From Vulcanimicrobiales bacterium (lineage in GTDB: Bacteria > Vulcanimicrobiota > Vulcanimicrobiia > Vulcanimicrobiales > Vulcanimicrobiaceae), in assembly GCA_038215615.1 (NCBI GenBank), contig JBBQQR010000005.1:66152-130151 (forward strand): DNA of 64,000 nt, given 5' to 3'. The notes below the pieces were generated by a model, which was given only the letters and a program-made list of their open reading frames with translations, ran no database searches and was not told the origin of the DNA. Both the position numbers and the translations under genes were made by a program. This document shows, piece after piece, positions 39,162 to 49,799 of the stretch (its first letter is position 1; each line of letters opens with the position of its first letter).

Positions 39162-42100
39162 GCGCGCGTGGAAATCTGGGCGCAGACCACATTGAGCGCC
39201 GCGTCGAGCACGGGATACGGGCGTCGCTGCAGTGCGTCGATGAAAGCCGTCTCATCGACGCCGGCCAGGTCGTCGAGCGACGTGATCAACATGCGACGGT
39301 AGTTGGCTTCCGCGTCCGATTCACTCGGCAACAGCCGTGCCAGCGCCGCCCAAGGAAGGGCGGTCGCCAACGGCGCGTCTTCCAAGCGCGCGGCTAGCGC
39401 GCGCAATTCGCCCGCATCGCAAGCGCCGCGCAAAATCGTGGCTCCGCTTGAAAGCGCCGGCCCTCCGGGCTGGAGCGAGTTGAGAAGCGCGACGATCCCG
39501 GCGCGCGTCCCGGAGTTTTCCAGATCGCGCGGCGCGATCACGTAATTCGGCAAGCGTAACTTGATGAAAAGGCGGTCGAGCGTCTCGCGCAGCGCGCCGC
39601 GAACCTCTTCGAGTGCGGACTCATTTGACGAGCCCGCTTCGTCGGGGAAAAATGCGCGCAGTGCAAACATGTGGCTCGTCAACCCGCCGAACCGCGCTTC
39701 GGAGAGAAACTTCAGCGTTCGCTCCAAGCGCTCGCGATCGAAAACTGCGACCGTTTCAACGACCGGCGAATCGGCGTCGTCGCCGGCGTGACCGTTCCCG
39801 CTCGACCCGAGCGAGAGCACCGACGTTACGGCCGTCTCACCACGCGCGACCGGCGTTGCCGGCGGCAGTTGCACGAACCGATCGTTGACGTCGGGCAGCG
39901 CGCGCTGTCCGCCCGCAAATGCCGGACCTAACATTCCGTCCAAGCCGAACGGCAGTCCCGCGATGGCATTGGCGAAAACGGGCGAGCAACGGACTTTCAG
40001 TTCGGGCGCGGCGATTTCGTCCAAGCGTTCGCCGTCATAAGAAATGCGCGCGGTGCGCATGAGCGTTTCGCCCGAAGATAATCCGTTGTGCACGACCTCG
40101 CGCCACGCAATCGTCGCCTCGACGCCGGGGTCGACGTCGCTCAGCATGATGCCCTGTTCGCTCGTCAGCGGAGACTGCGCTCCGATGTCGCGCACGGGCA
40201 GCTCGTTCACTGTCGTGCTGTTCGGCACGTAGATCAGCTCGTCGAGCGAGTCGATGGAGATTTTCACGCGACGCGCCGGTCCGTCACCGCCGTTGCGCAC
40301 GTGCAGCACGAATTCGACTTCGTCGCCGGCATCGGCAACGTCGGCCGGTTCGCTGTGGAGCGTGCCGACAGAAAAGTTTGGTTCGGCGGTCGTAACGATC
40401 GTGAGACGCATCAGCTGAACCGGGAGCATCGCATCGGCAGTAAGCACCGACTCTATGGTCACCGGATAGGCTTTGGCCAAACTGCGCAAGAGCCGGATGC
40501 CGAGCTTCGCTTCGACGCTTCCACCCGGACGGATCTCGCCGAAGAGTAGCGCCGATCGCTCGCGCGTCGCGCCTTCGACACTTTCCAGCCGGGCTTCGGG
40601 CGACACATACAAGCGCAGGCGCACGTTGTTGGCGATGTCCGTGCCCTCGTTGCGCAAACGTACATGCACTTCGACGAGTTGGTTGGGGCGAAAGACGTCG
40701 TCTTGTACGAGCTGGAGCTGCGAGGTTTCGGACGAAAATGCGGGATGCGACTCGACGCGCCAATTCGCTTCACCCAAAACGACCTCGCCCGCCTCACGGG
40801 CGTGCATAGATCCGCCTAAACGGATGTCGCTGCGGTTGGCATAAGGCGTTCGCACTCGCGCGCGAACGGTCAGGCGGCGCGACGTGTACGGATCGATTTT
40901 CCCTAAGTCGACCTCGTCGCGATCCATCTGCAAGCGGACGGTTTTATCGAAGACGCGGACTTCGTCGAGCGCCGGATCGAGCGTTAAATGCAGACGCGCA
41001 TCGGTCGCGGGCGCGCTGCCGTCGTTGCTCAAATGGATCGTCGCCTCACATTCGTCGGACGGTTGGACGGCGCTGCCGCCGACGCGAACGATGCGATTGT
41101 GACGCGTGGAGAAACGCGGTTGCGAACGCACAACCGCGGAACATTCGAAATTGCGCTCGCCCTCGGGCGCCCAGTTTAGTTTAGCGCGAACCGGGAGCGA
41201 CGTTCCGTCGGCAATCGGCGACAGCACCGCGCCTTCGGCTACGAATTCGACGCCTTCGCGCGCGCCGATCGCTCCGAGATCGAAGGTGAGGCTCTCTTTC
41301 TTGCGTTCGCGCAGCGGTTGTCCGTCGATACGGAAACTTCCGCGAACGGGCATGACGTGGTCGGGAAACACCAGCGTGATCGAGACGTTTTCCGCGGTGG
41401 TCGTGCCCGCATTAAATGCAACCGCCCGCACGACGATGTGCGAGCCGGGCGTCACGTCGTATTCAGGTTCAACGGTAACCGACGTGCGGTCGTCTTCAAA
41501 GTCGGCTTGCGCGCGGACGGTCAAGCTCGCCGCATCAATCACGAACGCGGCTGTTTCTTGCGACGCGATCTGCGCGCGCGCGACGATGGCGGTTCCGTCG
41601 GGGAGCGGATCGTCGACGCGCACGCGGTACTGCAGTGTCACGGTTGCGCTGGCCGGTAACGACGGCGCGACGATCGGCGCGTGTACGCGATCGAACGATG
41701 CCAGCAGCTCGCGTTCGAACTCGCGTCCGTTGACGCGCGCGGAGTTTGGAACGTAACTCGTATGTTCGGGAATCGGCGCGACGACCACGACATCGTGTGC
41801 ACTGGACTCGCCGGCGTTGTGAACTCGGACCGTCACGTTTGCTTCGCCTCCGGGAGCCGCTCCGCCGGATGCACCATGGCGCGTTTCGATCGCGACGTTG
41901 GTCAGCGCGTTTTCCAACGCGGGACGACTATGAGCGACCAAGCGGACGACGTTCGATCCGACCGGAGCGAGCTCGAACGCGGCGACCGCAGCCTGCAACT
42001 CGACGGTGGAACCATTTTCGATTGCGCCCGCGACGCTGTACGCAATGTCGATGCGGCGCTCTTCGCCGGGCGCGACGTCACCGATCTGCGCTCCGGCTCG

Positions 42101-42364
42101 CGCAAGCAACGGTGAGCTGCCCTGCTCGTCGTCGAGCGGCTCTTCATCGAGCTTTCCGCTTCCGACGAGGTAGACCAATCCTTCGGGAAGATTAAAACGC
42201 ACGCGCACGCCGGTTGCCGGCGCGCCGCCCTGGTTGCGGAAAGTGAATGTCGCGCGCACGGTCATCCCAGGTTCCAACTCGCGCTCAGGCGAAACGACGA
42301 GGGTTCGTAGACCCTCGGGAAGCGTCGGTGTACCCGGCGCAAACACGTCCGTCAGGGTGCGCAT
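39158..42364 (-). CDS. 1068-aa protein with six tandem DUF11/CARDB-like Ig-fold repeats and a helical C-terminal domain
   Basis: Six copies of PG.x.V...x.N.G...A..V about 120-140 aa apart. No signal peptide or TM segment visible. Confidence 0.8.
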   Translation of the reverse strand: MRTLTDVFAPGTPTLPEGLRTLVVSPERELEPGMTVRATFTFRNQGGAPATGVRVRFNLPEGLVYLVGSGKLDEEPLDDEQGSSPLLARAGAQIGDVAPGEERRIDIAYSVAGAIENGSTVELQAAVAAFELAPVGSNVVRLVAHSRPALENALTNVAIETRHGASGGAAPGGEANVTVRVHNAGESSAHDVVVVAPIPEHTSYVPNSARVNGREFERELLASFDRVHAPIVAPSLPASATVTLQYRVRVDDPLPDGTAIVARAQIASQETAAFVIDAASLTVRAQADFEDDRTSVTVEPEYDVTPGSHIVVRAVAFNAGTTTAENVSITLVFPDHVMPVRGSFRIDGQPLRERKKESLTFDLGAIGAREGVEFVAEGAVLSPIADGTSLPVRAKLNWAPEGERNFECSAVVRSQPRFSTRHNRIVRVGGSAVQPSDECEATIHLSNDGSAPATDARLHLTLDPALDEVRVFDKTVRLQMDRDEVDLGKIDPYTSRRLTVRARVRTPYANRSDIRLGGSMHAREAGEVVLGEANWRVESHPAFSSETSQLQLVQDDVFRPNQLVEVHVRLRNEGTDIANNVRLRLYVSPEARLESVEGATRERSALLFGEIRPGGSVEAKLGIRLLRSLAKAYPVTIESVLTADAMLPVQLMRLTIVTTAEPNFSVGTLHSEPADVADAGDEVEFVLHVRNGGDGPARRVKISIDSLDELIYVPNSTTVNELPVRDIGAQSPLTSEQGIMLSDVDPGVEATIAWREVVHNGLSSGETLMRTARISYDGERLDEIAAPELKVRCSPVFANAIAGLPFGLDGMLGPAFAGGQRALPDVNDRFVQLPPATPVARGETAVTSVLSLGSSGNGHAGDDADSPVVETVAVFDRERLERTLKFLSEARFGGLTSHMFALRAFFPDEAGSSNESALEEVRGALRETLDRLFIKLRLPNYVIAPRDLENSGTRAGIVALLNSLQPGGPALSSGATILRGACDAGELRALAARLEDAPLATALPWAALARLLPSESDAEANYRRMLITSLDDLAGVDETAFIDALQRRPYPVLDAALNVVCAQISTRA

Positions 42365-42446
42365 GACCGTCCGCGACTCTTCGCCGCAGGCACAACGGCC
42401 CCTTGACGCATTACTGACCGCTTAGCGAAAGGTTTGCACTGTAAAG

Positions 42447-43637
42447 ATGCTCGCAACGAAACCCGATCGTTTCGCCGAAGCCGTGTCGCGGCTCGGATCG
42501 GAAAGCGCCTTCGAAGTTCTGGCACGCGCTCGAGCGCTTGAAGCGCAAGGCATGCGTGTGGTGCATATGGAGATCGGCGAACCCGATTTCGATACACCCG
42601 ATCATATCAAGGAAGCTGGCATCCAAGCGATCCGTGAAAACCACAGCCATTATACGCCATCGCAAGGCATACTCGAGTTGCGCGACGTCGTCGCGCTCTA
42701 CGCCTCGAAGTTTCGCCACATCGAGCCCTGGACGGCAGAAAACGTCGTACTTTCGCCCGGTGCCAAACCGATTATCTGGAACATCCTGAGCGCACTCTTA
42801 AGCCCCGGCGACGAATTCGTCTACTTCGATCCCGCCTACCCCGCATACGCATCGTGCGCTAACTACCTGGGAGCGAAGACCGTTCCGATTCCGTTGCTGG
42901 AAGAAAAAAATTGGCGTATGGATCTGGACGAGCTCGAACGGCGCGTCTCCGACCGCACCAAAGCCATCATGATCAACTCGCCGCATAACCCGACCGGCGG
43001 CGTGCTGACCAAAGACGATCTCGAACGCATCGCGGCGATGGCGCAGCGCCACGATTTCGTGGTTATTTCCGACGAAATTTATAGCCGCAATTTTTACGAC
43101 CGTGAATTCAACTCGATCGTGAGCGTCCCCGGCATGCGCGACCGCACGATCGTGATCGACGGTTTTTCAAAGGCGTACGCTATGACCGGCTGGCGCCTGG
43201 GTTATGCGATCATGGCGCCCGAATATGCCAAGTACGTCACGCTTTTCAATAATAATACGTTTTCGTGCGTCGCCAGCTTCGTGCAGCAAGCCGGCATCGC
43301 TGCGCTTACCGGCGATGACGAGCCCGTGGTGCGGATGAACGGCCTCTTCCGCGAACGCCGCGATGCCATCGTCAACGGTCTGAACAAAATCAACGGCCTC
43401 TCATGTACCATGCCGGAAGGCGCGTTCTACGCTTTTCCCAATGTGACGAAAATTACGTCGGACGATAAGGCGCTAGCGAAGTTCCTATTGGAAGATGCAG
43501 GCGTCGCATGCCTGGGCGGCTCGGCGTTCGGCTCCGCGGGCAAAGGCTATCTGCGCTTTTCATACGCCGCATCGCTCGACGACATTCACTACGCGCTCGA
43601 CCAGATGAAGACGAGAATTCCGCACTTCAAGGGCTGA
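42447..43637 (+). CDS. PLP-dependent aminotransferase class I/II (aspartate aminotransferase-like)
   Basis: IGEPDF, NSPHNPTG, SDEIY, SKAYAMTGWRLG, YLRFS. Confidence 0.93.
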   Translation: MLATKPDRFAEAVSRLGSESAFEVLARARALEAQGMRVVHMEIGEPDFDTPDHIKEAGIQAIRENHSHYTPSQGILELRDVVALYASKFRHIEPWTAENVVLSPGAKPIIWNILSALLSPGDEFVYFDPAYPAYASCANYLGAKTVPIPLLEEKNWRMDLDELERRVSDRTKAIMINSPHNPTGGVLTKDDLERIAAMAQRHDFVVISDEIYSRNFYDREFNSIVSVPGMRDRTIVIDGFSKAYAMTGWRLGYAIMAPEYAKYVTLFNNNTFSCVASFVQQAGIAALTGDDEPVVRMNGLFRERRDAIVNGLNKINGLSCTMPEGAFYAFPNVTKITSDDKALAKFLLEDAGVACLGGSAFGSAGKGYLRFSYAASLDDIHYALDQMKTRIPHFKG

Positions 43638-43640
43638 ATT

Positions 43641-43683
43641 TGTCATCCTGAGCCTGTCGAAGGACCCTGAGCTTGTCGAAGGG
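43641..43683. repeat. REP-like tandem short repeat
   Basis: TGTCATCCTGAGCCTGTCGAAGGA followed directly by CCCTGAGCTTGTCGAAGGG; the 17-nt core CCTGAGCYTGTCGAAGG occurs twice. Confidence 0.65.
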
Positions 43684-43693
43684 CGGTTTTGAT

Positions 43694-44785
43694 ATGAAAA
43701 AGTCCCTCTTGTTTCTGGTTAGCATTGTCTTCGCGGCGATGTCTGCGATTGCGACATCGCGGGCGGCGACCTTCCCCACGCCCGTCGAGGGAACATATTC
43801 GATCCCTAACTTCAAATTCGATGACGGCGAAACGCTGCCGGAGCTGCGCATTCATTACTATACGCTGGGCACGCTGCGCACCGACGCAAGCGGACACTCG
43901 AACGCCGTTCTCATCATGCATGGCACGGGCGGCTCCGGTAAACAATTCCTCACTCCACCCGAACGCTTTGCCGGCGTACTCTTTTCGCCGGGCGGACTGC
44001 TCGACGCGAACAAGTACTTCATCATTCTTCCCGACGACATCGGTCACGGTCAGTCGAGCAAGCCCAGCGATGGCCCGCACGCCAAATTCCCGCACTATGA
44101 TTACCACGATATGGTGAGGGCGGAGCATGCGCTCGTGAGCGACGGACTTCGCGTCAACCATTTGCGTCTGGTGATGGGAACCTCGATGGGGTGCATGCAC
44201 AGCTGGATGTGGGGCGAGGCATACCCGACGATGATGGATGCGCTCATGCCCTTAGCGTGTCTGCCCATCGAAATATCCGGGCGAAACCGAGTCTGGCGCG
44301 ATATGGAGATGAATCTCATCACGAGTTCGCCGGACTATAACGGCGGCGACTACACGGCTCAGCCCTTCGGCTTGAAAGCGGCCAACGATCTGACGTGGTT
44401 CGTCGGCAGCGCGCCGCTCTACGATCAATCGATCATGCCGACGCGCGACACGGCTGACGACTATTTTTCAAAGCAACGCCACCTGGATCAACTTCCCGCC
44501 GACGAAGACGCAAACGACGTTCTGTATCAAGTCGGATCGTCGCGGGACTACAACCCTGAGTCGCTACTCGGAACGATTCAGGCGACGGTCATGGCTGTCA
44601 ACAGCGCGGACGATCAAATCAACCCGCCCGAACTGCACATCGTCGAGCGCGAGATCGGCAAGGTCAAGCACGCGAAGTTCGTTCTGCTTCCGATCACATC
44701 GCAAACGCGGGGGCATGGTACGCACACCCTGCCGCTCGTGTGGGGAAAATACCTGGGGCAGTTGCTAACGCAGACGGCGCACTGA
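43694..44785 (+). CDS. Secreted alpha/beta hydrolase of the homoserine O-acetyltransferase-like family
   Basis: Signal peptide MKKSLLFL...SRA; NAVLIMHGT, GTSMG nucleophile elbow, DD.INPP, GHGTH. Confidence 0.85.
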   Translation: MKKSLLFLVSIVFAAMSAIATSRAATFPTPVEGTYSIPNFKFDDGETLPELRIHYYTLGTLRTDASGHSNAVLIMHGTGGSGKQFLTPPERFAGVLFSPGGLLDANKYFIILPDDIGHGQSSKPSDGPHAKFPHYDYHDMVRAEHALVSDGLRVNHLRLVMGTSMGCMHSWMWGEAYPTMMDALMPLACLPIEISGRNRVWRDMEMNLITSSPDYNGGDYTAQPFGLKAANDLTWFVGSAPLYDQSIMPTRDTADDYFSKQRHLDQLPADEDANDVLYQVGSSRDYNPESLLGTIQATVMAVNSADDQINPPELHIVEREIGKVKHAKFVLLPITSQTRGHGTHTLPLVWGKYLGQLLTQTAH

Positions 44786-44952
44786 CGGCGCCAACTTTAT
44801 TCCAACCGTCACGCCAAGCACAAAAAGCAGCGCGATGACAATCCCCGCCAGAACGTAGAGCATCCACCAAGGCGCCAGTGCGAGATGACCACGACCGTGA
44901 TTGCGATGAGCATCAGACCCTGCAGTATCCGCAAAAAGACCTCAGCGGGCAT
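44765..44952 (-). pseudogene. Small two-TM membrane protein broken by a -1 frameshift (pseudogene or assembly error)
   Basis: ATG 44952 gives MPAEVFLRILQGLMLIAITVV. The -1 frame continues HLALAPWWMLYVLAGIVIALLFVLGVTVGIKLAPSVRRLR*. Span is 188 nt, one short of a codon multiple. Confidence 0.45.
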
Positions 44953-44960
44953 TCTCCGGT

Positions 44961-46502
44961 TCAGCGTGCATATAAATATGTCGCCGTCGCAAGTGCGCCG
45001 TTGATTTGACCGGCCACGCGGCTTGCGTCTTGCCCGTGCGGAACCGCGAGATTATTTAAGTAGAAGCAAAACGCGATGTGCCGCCCTGATGCGGTCGTCA
45101 TGTAGCCGGCCAGCCCTTTCCCCGAAACGAGCGCGCGCTGGTTGATCGCGTCGCCACCGCTCCACGTCCCTGTCTTCGCGTGCACCTTACCCCGCGCCGG
45201 CGAGTTGTTGGCGATATTGAAGAGCGTTCCGTCAACACCGAGGATCGGCAACGCAGAATAGAATGTCTGATAGTACGGCTGAGTGCGCAGATAAGCAAGG
45301 TAGTGCACCATGTACTGCGGCTGAATGAACGCAAAACCGCCGAGGCCGTCGTTCTGGACGATTTGCGTCGTATCGAGTCCCGCACTCTGCATAAATGCGC
45401 GTTCGAGGTCGAAGCCGGCCCGAAGCGTGTGTTTGGGCGACCATAAATATGGCATGATCGACGCGTGCAAGTTGTCGCTGACCTTGAGGGTGACTTTAAC
45501 GTCTTGGCTTAGCGGCGGTGAAACGTGCGCCGCGATAACGTTTGGACCAACTTCCGACGTACTCAGCGGCGTTACATCCGCGCTCGTGTTTTGAACGACG
45601 ACGCCGTGCGTTTGCAGCGCTGCCGAAAGCGCAACTTCCGCGAAGCGCGCCGGCGACGGTATGTCGTATGCGTAGAGTATCGGGGGCGATCCAACGGGCA
45701 GCGAACCGGTAATCGTGACCGTTCGCATCCCCGCCGCATCGGCTTGGCCATCGGGAACGGAGATCGTACGATCGGAATGCGCGGCTCCTGTCGTAGCTCT
45801 GTTCACGAACGTGGCGTATGCCGTCTGCGGTGAAACCGCAATCGAAACCGGATCGCCCGGGTGCGCGCCGGGAGTTACGGTAACATCGACGATGTTATCG
45901 TTGACAACAATCGGCGACACCACAACGCCCGTACCGGATTCGGGATAGCCGGCCTGATAGAGTGAATCGTCTACGATGACTCGGCCTGTTACCGTTTTTA
46001 CGCCGCGCGCGGCAATCTGCGCTGCGAAGTCCTCAATAACCGCCAACGGGTTCCCGGGCACCGCTTTCGTGTCTGGAGAGCCATCGTACGAGTGATCCTC
46101 ATTCTCAAACGTCATCGTGCCGTCGGATTGAATGCGACCGGACAGATTCGGATCGCCCGAAGCTTTTAAGACGACGTCGCCCTGGAGCGTGCCGTTCGCA
46201 TCGATCGGCCCGGTGCGGTACACGTTTGTCGCAAAGCGATAGTCCGGTCCGAGCAGCGCGAGCGTTGTGCCTTCGGTCAGCAGCTTTGTCGTGGACGCCG
46301 CAAGGAAAAAACGCTGCGCGTTGTAGCCGTACATCATCTTGTGCGAGTCAAGGTCGTAGATTGCGATGCCAAACTGCGTATGCGGATAGCGCTGCTCGAT
46401 TGTCTGCAACTCGGCCGGAAGCGTCGGTTTGGCATAGGCCGGAGGAACCGACGTCATTGCCACACAGCCAACAATCGCGGCGAAAATAAGCGAGCGCTTC
46501 AT
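44961..46502 (-). CDS. dacB: D-Ala-D-Ala carboxypeptidase/endopeptidase (peptidase S13, PBP4)
   Basis: Signal peptide; ASTTK (SxxK), GDP.L, SDN, AKTG. Confidence 0.92.
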   Translation of the reverse strand: MKRSLIFAAIVGCVAMTSVPPAYAKPTLPAELQTIEQRYPHTQFGIAIYDLDSHKMMYGYNAQRFFLAASTTKLLTEGTTLALLGPDYRFATNVYRTGPIDANGTLQGDVVLKASGDPNLSGRIQSDGTMTFENEDHSYDGSPDTKAVPGNPLAVIEDFAAQIAARGVKTVTGRVIVDDSLYQAGYPESGTGVVVSPIVVNDNIVDVTVTPGAHPGDPVSIAVSPQTAYATFVNRATTGAAHSDRTISVPDGQADAAGMRTVTITGSLPVGSPPILYAYDIPSPARFAEVALSAALQTHGVVVQNTSADVTPLSTSEVGPNVIAAHVSPPLSQDVKVTLKVSDNLHASIMPYLWSPKHTLRAGFDLERAFMQSAGLDTTQIVQNDGLGGFAFIQPQYMVHYLAYLRTQPYYQTFYSALPILGVDGTLFNIANNSPARGKVHAKTGTWSGGDAINQRALVSGKGLAGYMTTASGRHIAFCFYLNNLAVPHGQDASRVAGQINGALATATYLYAR

Positions 46503-46592
46503 TCACGGCTCTTGGTCCGCTCGCGGACGAAGCCCTGCGCCGCCGTGCGCTGGCGGATTTCCGGGTCAGAACGGCGCAAGAACCGCAGGAGC

Positions 46593-49500
46593 ATGAACGA
46601 GCGCGCACTCTGGCCTGTCTTGCGCCAAGCCGGCGGAAAAGATCCGCTGGCATTGGGCTCTGCCGCTCAGTCACAGAAAACCGCCGATTGGAAAGCCCGA
46701 ATTGACGGTGCAGAAGTCGTTAAGTCTATTTGCCCGTACTGTGCGGTCGGGTGTGGACAAAAGGTTTTCGTCAAAGACGAAAAGATCGTGCAGATAGAAG
46801 GCGACCCCGATAGTCCGATCTCGCGCGGACGGCTCTGTCCCAAAGGTTCGGCCACGCTCTCGCTCGTCGAAAGCCCGCTGCGCGAATATAAAGTAAAGTA
46901 TCGGCGCCCGTACGGGACGCACTGGGAAGATCTGCCGCTCGAACGCGCGATGGATATGATTGCCGAGCGCGTTCTGAAGACGCGGCGCGAAACGTGGGAA
47001 GCCAAAGACGACGAAGGCAACATGCTCAACCGCTGCTACGGGATCGCGCATCTCGGCGGCGCGACGCTGGATAACGAAGAGAATTACCTGATGAAGAAAC
47101 TCTACACGGCGCTCGGCGTCGTGCAGGTTGAAAATCAGGCCCGATTATGACATAGCTCGACGGTTCCCAGTTTGGGAACCTCGTTCGGACGCGGCGGCGC
47201 GACGACGTTCCAGCAAGATCTGCAGAACTCAGACTGTATCGTGATCATGGGATCCAACATGGCCGAAAATCATCCGGTTGGATTTCAATGGGTCATGGAA
47301 GCTCGCGAGCGCGGCGCCCACGTAATCCACGTCGATCCGCGTTTCACGCGCACGAGCGCCGTTGCCACGAAGCACGTGCCGATCCGCGCGGGCAGCGATA
47401 TCGCGTTTTTGGGCGGTATCATTCACTACATCCTCGAGAACGATCGCGCGTTCAAAGAGTATGTCGTGAACTACACCAACGCACCCGTCATTTTGCGCGA
47501 GGATTTTAAAGACAGCGAAGACCTCGACGGCTTCTTCTCCGGCTGGCATGCCGACACGAACGGCTATACCTTCGAGACGTGGCAGTACGACGGCATGGAG
47601 ATGCACGGCGCCGCCGGGCAACGTGAGGGCCACTCTTCGTTAGCGAAGGCGCCGAAGCTCAAGCAAGATGAAGACGCGCTCCAGAACGGCGAGCCGCCGA
47701 ATATGGATAAAACGCTGCAAGATCCGCGTTGCATCTATCAAGTCCTGAAACGGCACTACGCACGATACACGCCCGAAACCGTGGCGCGCATCTGCGGAAC
47801 CGACCCGCAAAACGTGATCGACGTTGCCGAAGCGCTCTGCGCCAACAGCGGACGCGATCGCACGTCCGCGTTTTGTTATTCGGTTGCCTGGACGCAACAC
47901 ACCACCGGGGTGCAAACGATACGCGGCGCCGCGATCATTCAGCTCCTGCTGGGGAATATCGGGCGCCCGGGCGGCGGCATTCTTGCGCTGCGCGGTCATG
48001 CCTCGATTCAAGGCTCGACCGACATCCCGACGCTTTTCAACATCTTGCCCGGCTACGTGCCGATGCCGCACGCGCACGCGCATGACGATCTTCAAGACTT
48101 CGTCGACTCCGAAGGCGCCAAGACCGGCTACTGGGGCAACATGGACAAGTACATCGTCAGCTTGCTTAAAGCGTGGTTCGGCGAGCGTGCAACCGAGCAA
48201 AACGATTTTTGTTTCGATCTCTTGCCGCGCATCAGCGGCGATCATTCGACGTACCGCAGCATCATGGGCATGCTCGACGGCACCGTCAAAGGCTTTTTTT
48301 GCATCGGTGAAAACCCGGCGGTGGGTTCGGCGAACTCCGGCCTGCACCGCCGCGCGATGGCGAATCTCGAGTGGCTGGTCGTGCGCGACTTCACCGAAAT
48401 CGAAAGCGCCTCGTTTTGGTACGACGCGCCGGAAATCGCGACGGGCGAATTGCGCACGGAATCGATTCCCACCGAAGTGTTCTGGCTGCCGGCCGCCGCC
48501 CATACGGAAAAAGACGGCTCCTTCACCAACACGCAGCGTCTGCTGCAGTGGCATCATAAAGCGGTCGAACCGCAAGGCGATGCGCGCTCGGAGCTGTGGT
48601 TTTATTATCACTTAGGCAAACGCATCCGCGAAAAAACCGCGCGGCAAGAAGAGCCATTTTCCGATCCGATCGCATTTCTCACGTGGAATTACCCGGAAAA
48701 AGGCGCGACGGCCGACCCGGATGCGCAAGCCGTACTGCGTGAGATTAATGGATGGGACGAAAACGGAAAAGCGCTTTCCGATTACAACTGCCTTAAAGCT
48801 GACGGCAGCACGGCCTGCGGATGCTGGATCTATTGCGGATGTTTCAAGGACGAAGTCAATCAAACCGCGCGCCGCAAACCTGGAACGCAGCAGAGTTGGG
48901 TGGCGCCCGAGTGGGCGTGGGCGTGGCCGGCCAACCGGCGCATCATTTATAATCGCGCGTCTGCCGATCCGCAAGGCAAGCCCTGGAGCGAACGCAAAAA
49001 GTATGTGTGGTGGGATGAAGAAAAAGCGGAATGGACCGGCCACGACGTCCCGGACTTCAACAAGACGAAGCGTCCCGATTACACGCCAAAAAGCGGCGCG
49101 AGAGCTGAGGACGCGATCGCGGGCTGGCATCCGTTCGTGATGCAAGATGACGGCCTGGGGTGGCTCTTCGTTCCAGCCGGCATCGTCGACGGACCGCTGC
49201 CGGTCTACTACGAACCGCACGAATCGCCGGTGAAAAACGCACTCTACTCGCAACAGGCCAATCCGTGCCGTCAGGAATTCCCGCGGACGTTCAACGAATC
49301 GAACCCTTCGCCCAGCGACGCTCACGGCAACGTCTTTCCGTTTGTGCTGCACACGTATAGACTCACCGAGCATCACACTGCCGGCGGAATGAGCCGCACG
49401 GTCGCGCATTTGAGCGAACTGCAGCCGGAGTTCTTCTGCGAAGTGAGCCCGGAGTTAGCGCGGCTGCGCGGATTGGCGCATGGCGATTGGGCGACGATCT

Positions 49501-49799
49501 TTACTTCGCGCGCGGTCGTCGAGGCGCGCGTCATGGTGACCGATCGCGTCAAGCCGATGTTGGTTGACGGCAAGACCCTGCATTCCGTGGGCCTACCATA
49601 CCACTGGGGTTCGCGGGGTCTGGTGACCGGCGACTCCGCCAACGATCTACTGAGCATCACGCTCGATCCAAACGTGCACATCCAAGAGACCAAAGGGTTA
49701 ACGTGCGACCTCATTCCGGGGCGCCGTCCGCGCGGCACGGATGTACCAAGATTCTTGAACGACGTACGCACGCGGTCTCACTCGGAAGGCCGGATGTGA
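46593..49799 (+). CDS. fdnG: Formate dehydrogenase alpha subunit, selenocysteine-containing (U186)
   Basis: CPYCAVGC..LCPKG, then ENQARL-TGA-HSSTVPSLGTSFGRG in one continuous frame joining track ORFs 46341 and 47172. ALRGH and EKDGS motifs follow. Confidence 0.93.
47162..47180 (+). promoter_or_regulatory. Bacterial SECIS element
   Basis: GGTTCCC-AGTTT-GGGAACC perfect hairpin with a G in the loop, starting 11 nt after the in-frame TGA (47148-47150). Confidence 0.88.

Noticed and set aside
46341..49799. Two separate ORFs or an FDH pseudogene split at TGA 47148
   Set aside because: Both parts are in one frame, the TGA sits at the catalytic Cys/Sec position, and a SECIS hairpin follows
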